NCBI RefSeq assembly: GCF_009914755.1
Contig: NC_060935.1
DNA: 64,000 nucleotides
Origin: the human T2T-CHM13v2.0 reference genome, Homo sapiens
Reading direction: 5' to 3' (one strand)
The notes beneath the pieces were generated by a model. That model ran no database searches. It saw only the letters and a program-made list of their open reading frames with translations, and was not told the origin of the DNA. How positions within the stretch are numbered: the stretch's first letter is position 1; every line of letters starts with the position of its first letter. Position numbers and translations under genes: made by a program. Of this stretch, positions 1 through 9,456 are shown one piece after another.

Positions 1-29
1 TTTAAAGGGTACTTTAGATAGAGAAAAAT

Positions 30-1140
30 GTTTCCTAGGGTGTGCCAACATTGAGGAGACAAAGAACTAGAAAAGGAGATAAAAAGTTTCCAGTGAAATA
101 GGGATAAAGACATAAGGTTGTGGTATCTTGGAATTACATAAAGACAATATTCAAAGGAAAAAGAAATAACTGTGTCATACACTCCTAATAGGTTTAATGT
201 AGCAAAAAATGGTCCTTAAACTTAGCAATATCTTGGTAATTTTTATCTTTAAAGAGAGACATTGTGGAATGATATAAGCAAGAGATCTTATAAAAGTTCA
301 AGGGAAGAAGGGGGGATAATAATTGAATACTTTTACCATATACAGCACTTCTAAGGAGTCTTGTTGTAATAAAAATCAGGTGAGAGAAATGATAAGGTCA
401 TGATAATTTTATTTAAAAGAGAACTTTTTATATAGTTATGAGAACATTCTAACAAGCATACAAAAAATTGATGCTGAAAGAGAGACAGAAGGAATCATCT
501 GGAGAGATGTCCTTGAACAGTGAAGATGGAATGGAATTCAACATACACAAATACAGGGATTGGCCTTTAAGAGATGTACAGACATCATTCATGTGACTCA
601 GCTCATATTAATGAAACAAGGCTGAGTGTATGCGTGTACAGGCAGATGGTGGGAGCATGTGAGGGACTGTCTCTTCTGATTGCCTCTATTTTCTTAATAA
701 AATAGAAAGCAGCACCATCAAGAAGGTCAGAAAGGTATGGGTTTGAGGAGAGAGGCTAAGATGTTAATTATCCATCCTGTATTATGGGAGAGTAAATGGA
801 CCAGGAAAATGAAGTAGTGTTTCTTGGAATCTCACAAAGCCCACTGGAAGTCAGTTATCACACATTGAGTTCTTTCAGCATGATACTGTATTCTTTGGCT
901 ACAGAGTGTGTCGACAGTTGGACTTAAATTAGCAGGGGAGAGAGTTAGCCTGGGAAAAAAAACAGTCCAGGGTGAAGAGCAGTGTGCCTGAAGGTGCATT
1001 GAAGGAATTGAGTAAGGTTACGAATTATGAACTTTAACCTGGAAATGGAGGGAGTTGAGGAAATGAGAGCAGGGTGAAAGAGAGTGAAAGAGTGTTAGGA
1101 TCAGTAGATTGTAGGTCTTGAAGTAGTTGAGATGCCAAAC
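30..1140 (-). mobile_element. Degenerate L2 fragments
   Basis: Purine-rich old LINE2-like texture. Boundaries are approximate. Confidence 0.45.
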
Positions 1141-1157
1141 AGAAAGAGATGAAATTA

Positions 1158-1539
1158 TGTATTAGTCTGTCTCCACCCTGCTATAGAGAACGTCTCCAAA
1201 CTGAGTGATTATAAGGGAGAGATTTAATTGACTCACAGCTCCATGTGGCTAGCGTGGCCTCAGGAAACTTACAATCATGATGGAAGGCAAAGGGGAGGCA
1301 GGCACCTTCTTCACAAGGTGGCAGTAGAGAGAATTGACTGAAGGTGGATCTTGACAAACACTTATAAAACCATCAGCTCTCATGAGAACTCACTATCACA
1401 AGAACAGCACGGGGGAAACTGCCCCCCTGACTCATTTACCTCCGTTTGGTTTCTGCCTTCACACCTGGGGATTATGAGGATTACGGAGATTATAATTCAA
1501 GATGGGATTTGGGTGGGGACACAAAGTCTAACCATATTA
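1158..1539 (-). mobile_element. THE1/MSTA-type MaLR solo LTR
   Basis: tgtattagtc start; gcctcaggaaacttacaatcatg, gagaactcactatcac and gatttgggtggggacaca...accatat motifs. Confidence 0.88.
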
Positions 1540-2199
1540 AATAATATAAGATGTACAGAAAAACACACTTAAATGTAGCAAGGGGATGCAGCTATATTCC
1601 ACCCTCAACAGATTTCTGCATTTGTTAATTTAATTTAGTCTCACAAAGTTGAGCGTTAGATAAAGTCCTATCAATGAAACAACATTTCCCACTTATTTAT
1701 GCTAATATATTTTCAGAGATGAGAATCCTCAGAACTAAGACTGAGGAGTGGGGAAACTCTGAGGATATGTCATAGAAAAGGGCTGGGCAGCTAAGAGGGC
1801 ACCAAGTTGGAGAGTTAAAAATATCCCTGAGAGAGGAGGAGACCCCACAATACTGTAAATCAGTTGCACTAAGACCATACAACTGATGAAAGCCACTTTC
1901 TAAGGACTGGGCTTATTTGTCAAATAGAATGGAAATGGTAATGCAGGGGGTTCCAGACCATGTCCAGATCTTGAAAAGGCCTCTTCATCCCTTATGTCTG
2001 AACTCACTTTTACTGAAATCTGTGTGCAGTGCCCTGTGTGGAGCAGGCAGGAAGCTATGATACTGCTGTGTGCACACCCTCTGCAGGACCATCTTCTCCA
2101 CACCTAATCCACTTGAATTGATTTAACAAAAGTGGGTCTCTGTTGAGGATGAAACATAACTGAATCCACTTTCTCTGTTGAAATTCAAGTATTGGCATT

Positions 2200-3619
2200 T
2201 CTGTCTATTTCATCTTATTATTCCATCTCTTTTTGTCTAGGATCCCAACTCCTTCAATACTTAAAATAGACTGATTTTAACACCCTTTCAGTTTCTGCGC
2301 CTTGCATCTATTTCTTCAATTCCCTCCCTCACCGGGTTAGAGTCCGTGGTCCATAACATTATTCACTTCCTTCAGTGAGCCTTCAACTACACTGCCCTTC
2401 ACCATCAATTATTTTAACAGACTAACCTCTCTAACCCCCAATTTAAATTCAACTATTAATAGACTATAGCTAGAGAACACTGATCTTCAAAACTATTGAA
2501 TGCTTCCTTGTCTGTATTGAAAGACTTTCGCTTCCTTTCACTTTGTGACATTCCACTTTCCTACTTTTTTCCTTCCCTTTCCAGATTCGAGTAGCTCTGC
2601 TTTTCTTCAAAAAAAATGCTAATGTTGGTCAAAATTCCATTTTCAACACCCTATTTCTTATTTCACATACTTCCTTGGCAAGCTTGTCTATTCTCAGTTT
2701 CAATAACCATCTATTTGGTTACCATTTCATAATCTCTCTGACGAACCTGCGTCTTCCTTACGTCTGCAGAATCTTAACATCAACATGAATGTCCTGGAGG
2801 CACCATAGGCTCTCCATGTGTCTAAAACTGAATTCATGAGCCTTTACCTCAAGCTCTTGCCTTTTCCTTCATTCTTACCTATCTTCTAGTGGAGGCAACC
2901 TTGCCTGATTTTTCACTTTTCTTTAGTGCCTCCAATCAAATAAACCAATAATCTTATTTACTATTCCCATACGTATTATCTCCCCATTTCTGACCAATCT
3001 TTGCCTATATTACAGCTTTAGACCCTTGAGTCATCTTTATTTGGTCTTGTTCAAATATGGCACTACAGCCAGAGTGATCTAGAACTTACGTTGCTCTCCT
3101 TTCAAAGCTGTACCAGTTTAACATGACATGCTAGACGTTTCATCATCGGCACCTTGTTTACTTATTCAGCCTTACATGTCCTCCCACCTCTCTCCCTCAT
3201 AATACCCTGCGCTCCTATTTTAATCCACCAAGCAGGCCATGGTGCCTTTACTTTCAAGGTTTTTATATATTTTCTTCCCTGTCTAGAGTATCTTTCTTTC
3301 CCTACTGAAGACTTGACTGAGCTAATCACTAATGAACTTTCAGGACTCAGTTTAGATAGAATATCCACTGGAAAGCATTTTCTGATGACTTAAAGCTGAA
3401 TGAGAGTTTTCTCTACCCATGCGGGGAGCCCATAGGTCCTTGAATTTACTTTTATATCACATGATACTAACATTGTATGAATACTGCCTTTTTTTCCCAC
3501 TAGATCGTAGCTCCTTGAGGGCTAGGGCAGGATTATTCACTTTTGTTTCCCTAGCATTTGGCACCTACTAAGTTGTTATCACATGTTTGTTGAATGAATG
3601 CTTGAATGAATGAATGAAT
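2200..3619 (+). mobile_element. L2 3' portion
   Basis: ctccttgagggctagggcagg...tttggcacctactaag...tgtttgttgaatgaatg(aatg)n is the characteristic L2 3' tail. Confidence 0.7.
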
Positions 3620-4644
3620 CAATTGCCACATTTCTAGTAACAGCTTTGCGTTCACATTAATTGATGAAAAGGGAATCTTTACTGCAACAGATAAAACTGA
3701 TTACATAACAAAGGAAGACCTGGCGTAGTGCGCTTAGCCAAATTAGCATTTGGCTCATCTCTGTATGGAGTGGCACAAGCCCATTTGTGTACCACTTAGT
3801 ATTTGGTTAAAATATGTATAAGATTTATAGCCACAATGATGTTCCTGGCCTTTTTAAACCTTACTATGGCCTTTCTACTTTTCAAGTTTTTCATTGATTA
3901 TTCTTATCTGGCTTTAAGAACTATAAACCACATTATCATACTTCACTGTAATTGTTAATACTAGTCTGGGATAGTTTTTTTTTTTTTTTTTTTTTTTTTT
4001 TTCCTTTATAAATGAGCAGGGCAGAGAGTTAAAACACAAAGCAATAGATTGCACTGAGAAATGAATACGTTCAGAAACTACAACTACAAACTACCTTAAA
4101 GGAAAACTCATTCACTTTTCATTACCTTACACCTCTAGGTGCCAAAACTTGCATTTAATTCCATGTTTTAAAGGAGACTTTATGTCTACCCATAATCTGT
4201 TCACATATAGTTTGCCCAAGGGAGGTTAACTCTTTTCAGTTAAAATTGATCCACCTTCATCAGACTTGTGGTTGACCAGCAAAGAGTCAAGGACATGAAT
4301 CTCTTAACACCTCCTGATGGTCTTGGGCTACACATATCATGCTCATTTTAAGTGTGGAAAACATCTAAAAATATACTTTTTAGAGTTTCAGAGAAATCAT
4401 ATTTACAGCTTCACAGAACAGAAAATATTAAACTTAATTTGATGCTTAACACCTAAAGTGTTATTTTCAAATCATAGAAAAATGCTTTTTGCATTCTAAA
4501 ATATCTCTGTAAGACAGCATAATTATTCTAAATAATTTTAATTAATTATGAGAAAGCTTACTTACAGTGATACTTTTTTTAATCAAAAATTTAGTTAGCA
4601 ATGATTATTAAGTTTAAAGGCCAGATACTCTGAACAAAACTACC

Positions 4645-4937
<293 letters not shown>

Positions 4938-5664
4938 ACAAACTGCCAGAGTCTTAGAAGTATTTCCAAGATCAGCAAATTGTCCAGCTTAATTGATACT
5001 GTACATATAAAAAATTTCCAATTCCTTATTTCTCTTTAGAGTTCATCATAATTAGTTTGTATTTTTAAAAATTTGATCCATATACTAAACTTATTGTTTC
5101 TTATGGACATAAAGGAAAGTTAGTTCAATCCATTTTAGGCAGGATGCTCAACCTTTCTAACCAAACACCTTAGGAATTAAAATATGAAATTTATCAATAA
5201 TCAATAAAAATGAAAATTTCATCATTGTTTCCCCACTTAATAGTATTAATCTGTACACATTAGATAATAAAACCTAGAAAATAAATTTCATTCATTTTTT
5301 TATGTACCAGAGTGAATTTGACTACTTTTCAAGAACATGAGGTATTACTTAGAGCCTAGTTAAAACACATGTGCTACATTGAACACACCTCATACTACAT
5401 AATAAATTTTAGTAAATGAAGTTCCTATCTATGTTTGTAGAATATAAGTGAAATGTTGGTTTCCTCACTGCATTTTAATAATAAGGAAAGAACTGATCTA
5501 TGTGAATGGGTATTGTAATATTAAGGTAAACTTTTAAAAGTTAATTTACAAATTTTCCTGACAAAGTATAAAGCTTGGGCTCTTGACTGTCTTCCCTTCT
5601 TTCCTACTTACCTCTCTCTCTCTACTTGCTTTCTTCCTTCCCTTCTGCCATCATTTTTCCTTTT

Positions 5665-6886
5665 CCCTCTCCTCTCCTCCCCTTCCCTCCCCTCTTCTCC
5701 CCTCCCCTCCCCTCCCCTCTTGTCCCCTCCTCTCTTCTCCCCTCCCCTCCCCTCCCCTCCCCTCTCCTCCCCTCCCCTCTCCTCCCCTCCCCTCTCCTCC
5801 CCTCTACTCCCCTCCCCTTTCCTCCCCTCCCCTCTCCTCTCCTCCCCTGTTCTCCCCTCCCCTCCCCTCCCCTCTCCTCTCCTCCCCTGTTCTCCCCTCC
5901 CCTCTCCTCCCCTGTTCTCCCCTCCTCTCCCCTCCCCTGTTCTCCCCTCCTCTCCCCTCTCCTCCCCTCCCCTCTCCTCTCCTCCCCTGTTCTCCCCTCC
6001 CCTCTCCTCCCCTGTTCTCCCCTCCCCTCCCCTCTTGTCCCCTCCCCTCTTCTCCCCTCCCCTCCCCTCCCCTCTTGTCCCCTCCCCTCCCCTCTTCTCC
6101 CCTCCCCTCCCGTCCCCTCCTCTCTTCTCCCCTCCCATCCCCTCCCCTCCCCTCTCCTCCCCTCCCCTCTCCTCCCCTCCCCTCTCCTCTCCACTCCTCC
6201 CCTCTCCTCTCCTCCCCTCCCCTCTTCTCCCCTCCCCTCCCCTCTTCTCCCCTCCCCTCCCCTCTTCTCCCCTCCCCTCCCGTCCCCTCCTCTCTTCTCC
6301 CCTCCCCTCCCCTCTTCTCCCCTCCCCTCCCGTCCCCTCCTCTCTTCTCCCCTCCCCTCCCCTCCCCTCCCCTCCCCTCTCCTCCCCTCCCCTCCCCTCC
6401 CCTCCCCTCTCCTCCCCTCTCCTCCCCTCTCCTCTCCACTCCTCCCCTCTCCTCTCCACTCCTCCCCTCTCCTCTCCTCCCCTCTCCTCCCCCTCCCCTC
6501 TCCTCCCCTCCCCTCCCCTCTCCTCCCCTCCCCTCCCCTCCCCTCTCCTCCCCTCCCCTCTCCTCTCCTCCCCTCCCCTCCCCTCCCCTCTCCTCCCCTC
6601 CCCTCCCCTCTCCTCCCCTCCCCTCTCCTCCCCTCCCCTCTCCTCCCCTCCCCTCCCCTCTCCTCCCCTCCCCTCCCCTCTCCTCCCCTCCCCTCCCCTC
6701 CCCTCCCCTCCCCTCTCCTCCCCTCCCCTCTCCTCCCCTCCCCTCCCCTCTCCTCCCCTCCCCTCCCCTCTCCTCCCCTCTCCTCCCCTCCCCTCCCCTC
6801 TCCTCCCCTCTCCTCCCCTCCCCTCTCTTCCCCTGTTCTCCCCTCCCCTCTCCTCCCCTCTCCTCCCCTCCCCTCCCCTCCCCTCC
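5665..6886. repeat. Polypyrimidine pentanucleotide array A, (CCCCT/CTCCT)n with variant units, about 1.2 kb
   Basis: Almost purely C/T on the + strand with 5-nt periodicity and interruptions cctgttct, cttgtc, ccgtc, ccac. Confidence 0.98.
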
Positions 6887-7300
6887 TTTCCTCAATATTA
6901 TAGCTAGTAGAATTTTCAGAAAATATTAAAAAATATAAAAGTAACATTTTTTCACACTCTCACTGTAATCTGAATTTGCTTGCAGCTCCAAAGAAGGTTT
7001 TTAGTAATGTCTTCAAAGAAACAATCTTCATAAGAAAAAAATAAACTAGTTTCCTCAAAATTCAGATTTTATTATATTTTTTCTCTTACAGAGTATTCAA
7101 AAGCTCTTCCTGGTCTCTCCACTTCATATGCTGCTTTGTTAAGAATTAAGAAGAGTTCATCTTCATCTCTCTTTGGTTCCAAAACCAGACCACGATACAG
7201 CAGCCCTTCATTAGGAACACTGAGTGCTTCTTCACCCAGCTGGCGAGGGGCAGCTCAGAATTATTATTCCCCCATCAGTCTTTATCATTCCTCAGATGCC
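6886..7300 (+). repeat. Direct repeat, copy 1 (unique portion); partner is 8596-9010
   Basis: Base-by-base comparison shows 4 substitutions in about 415 bp (6893, 7103, 7245, 7278). Confidence 0.97.
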
Positions 7301-7306
7301 AACTGA
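7092..7306 (+). pseudogene. CNTN5: Truncated duplicate of CNTN5 exon 4 (first 209 of 222 nt, donor lost) ending ...SDAN-stop
   Basis: 7092-7300 equals 8802-9010 (offset 1710) except 7103 g/t, 7245 g/t and 7278 g/a. The upstream acceptor region is identical. It is followed by AAC TGA (7301-7306) in frame. Confidence 0.95.
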
Positions 7307-7307
7307 G

Positions 7308-7685
7308 GAACCAGGCATTATTTTGTCGATAGATCCAAAATTGACAAAGGTAGACAACATCTAGAAAATGTTATTCAAACTATAAAGCCAATAGCTGTAG
7401 AGCAGTCTTTAATTTAACTGATATCTTAGTGTTGGATATATAGATTTTTTCTTATTTTCCATTCATAAGTAATGCTAAGTATATACTTATCTTTGCGTGC
7501 TCTCTTTATTATTTTCTTACACAGAATACACTTCCAGAAATAAAACCACTGGATTGAAGGATAGGTCTGTTTTATGTTTCCGATATTCACTGTCAAATTG
7601 GCCTTCCAAAAATGTCTATTTTTACTTTCATTCTACGAGAGTATTTAGTCTTAATCCTAAATTATAATTGGTATAGAGTGCAATT
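7308..7685 (-). repeat. 378-bp inverted copy of intron segment 9457-9834
   Basis: gaaccaggcattattttgtcgat...gtatagagtgcaatt is the reverse complement of aattgcactctatac...ataatgcctggttc. Only two mismatches were seen (7331, 7341). Confidence 0.97.
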
Positions 7686-7697
7686 CGAATAGAGTGC

Positions 7698-8596
7698 TCT
7701 CCTCCCCTCCCCTCCCCTCCCCTCCCCTCTCCTCCCCTCCCCTCCCCTCCCCTCCCCTCCCCTCCCCTCCCCTCCCCTCTCCTCCCCTGTTCTCCCCTCC
7801 TCTCCCCTCTCCTCCCCTCCCCTCTCCTCTCCTCCCCTGTTCTCCCCTCCCCTCTCCTCCCCTGTTCTCCCCTCCCCTCCCCTCTTGTCCCCTCCCCTCC
7901 CCTCTTGTCCCCTCCCCTCTTCTCCCCTCCCCTCCCCTCTTGTCCCCTCCCCTCTTCTCCCCTCCCCTCCCCTCTTCTCCCCTCCCCTCCCGTCCCCTCC
8001 CCTCCCCTCCCGTCCCCTCCTCTCTTCTCCCCTCCCCTCCCCTCCCCTCCCCTCTCCTCCCCTCCCCTCTCCTCCCCTCTCCTCCCCTCCCCTCCCCTCT
8101 CCTCCCCTCTCCTCCCCTCCCCTCTCCTCCCCTCCCCTCTCCTCCCCTCCCCTCTCCTCCCCTGTTCTCCCCTCCCCTCTCCTCCCCTGTTCTCCCCTCC
8201 CCTCTCCTCCCCTGTTCTCCCCTCCCCTCTCCTCCCCTGTTCTCCCCTCCCCTCTCCTCCCCTGTTCTCCCCCTCCCCTCTCCTCCCCTGTTCTCTCCTC
8301 CCCTCCCCTCTCCTCCCCTCCCCTCCCCTCTCTACTCCTCCCCTCTCCTCTCCTCCCCTCCCCTCTCCTCTCCTCCCCTGTTCTCCCCTCTCCTCCCCTG
8401 TTCTCCCCTCCCCTCTCCTCCCCTGTTCTCCCCTCCCCTCCCCTCTCCTCCCCTCCCCTCTCCTCCCCTCCCCTCCCCTCCCCTCCCCTCCCCTCTCCTC
8501 CCCTCCCCTCCCCTCTCCTCCCCTCCCCTCTCTTCCCCTGTTCTCCCCTCCCCTCTCCTCCCCTCTCCTCCCCTCCCCTCCCCTCCCCTCCCCTCC
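7698..8596. repeat. Polypyrimidine pentanucleotide array B, (CCCCT/CTCCT)n, about 0.9 kb
   Basis: Same units and the same terminal segment (tcttcccctgttctcccctc...ccctcctttcct) as array A. Confidence 0.98.
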
Positions 8597-8801
8597 TTTC
8601 CTTAATATTATAGCTAGTAGAATTTTCAGAAAATATTAAAAAATATAAAAGTAACATTTTTTCACACTCTCACTGTAATCTGAATTTGCTTGCAGCTCCA
8701 AAGAAGGTTTTTAGTAATGTCTTCAAAGAAACAATCTTCATAAGAAAAAAATAAACTAGTTTCCTCAAAATTCAGATTTTATTATATTTTTTCTCTTACA
8801 G

Positions 8802-9023
8802 AGTATTCAAAATCTCTTCCTGGTCTCTCCACTTCATATGCTGCTTTGTTAAGAATTAAGAAGAGTTCATCTTCATCTCTCTTTGGTTCCAAAACCAGAC
8901 CACGATACAGCAGCCCTTCATTAGGAACACTGAGTGCTTCTTCACCCAGCTGGCTAGGGGCAGCTCAGAATTATTATTCCCCCATCAATCTTTATCATTC
9001 CTCAGATGCCTTCAAACAAGATG
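8802..9023 (+). CDS. CNTN5: CNTN5 coding exon (exon 4), 222 nt, phase 1-1, encodes (E)[73 protein letters not shown] (residues 19-92)
   Basis: Acceptor ttttttctcttacag|AG at 8801/8802, donor GATG|gtaagt at 9023/9024. The translation matches the contactin-5 N-terminal extension after the signal peptide. Length is 74 codons and it splices in frame to the exon at 34088. Confidence 0.97.
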
Positions 9024-9028
9024 GTAAG

Positions 9029-9390
9029 TGTCAAAGGAAAATGGCTCCAGATAGAATAAAGGAGGCAAAGAAGACTTATTTAATACTGTTGCAACAGAGA
9101 TCAAGACTATTCCAGTAGGAGAGAGTGATTGAACTCAACTCTGCTAAAAATGAAAGCAGGAGAGTTTTTAAAGCTGGGGTGAGCTAGTAGAAAACTGGAG
9201 GATGTTAGGGGAGATACTGGTAAATGTGACTAGGCCATCTGTGTTTATTGATTGGTGCTTGTTGAAGTTAGGCTACTACCTTTTCATAGAGACTGGGAGA
9301 TAGAGAACCTGTTTCTTGATGGTTTCATTTCAAATGGAGAGCTCCCAGGCCTTGAGACAGACACTACTGGGTTATAAAAATGACAAGAGC
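9029..9390 (-). mobile_element. MER67-like (ERV1) LTR fragment abutting the exon-4 donor
   Basis: tgtcaaagg start; attgaactcaactc, ggggtgagctagt, taggccatctgtgttt, gaagttaggct and agagactgggagatag match my recall of the MER67C consensus. Confidence 0.65.
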
Positions 9391-9456
9391 CTGTGTTGGT
9401 TGTAAGTTAGTCTTCTTTTCTAAACATCTTTAAAGGATTTGTATGCATTATTATGT

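Noticed and set aside
7092-7300. Mutually exclusive tandem exon pair or processed pseudogene
   Set aside because: The copy lacks the donor and hits a stop, so it cannot substitute in frame. It retains the upstream intron and has no poly-A or TSD, so it is not retroposed.
5583-8657. Long Pro/Ser/Leu-rich (+) and Gly/Glu/Arg-rich (-) ORFs of 240-450 aa
   Set aside because: They are open in all frames only because (CCCCT)n/(AGGGG)n contains no stop codons. They are translation artefacts of the arrays, not extensin-like or RGG proteins.
6886-9010. Duplicated exon as a pure assembly error
   Set aside because: The copies have distinct substitutions, distinct array patterns and two structured junctions with templated inserts, which assemblers are unlikely to invent. 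Read-level confirmation is still needed.
8846-9118. 90-aa ORF as a standalone gene
   Set aside because: It is CNTN5 exon 4 read from an internal TTG and through the donor into the LTR.
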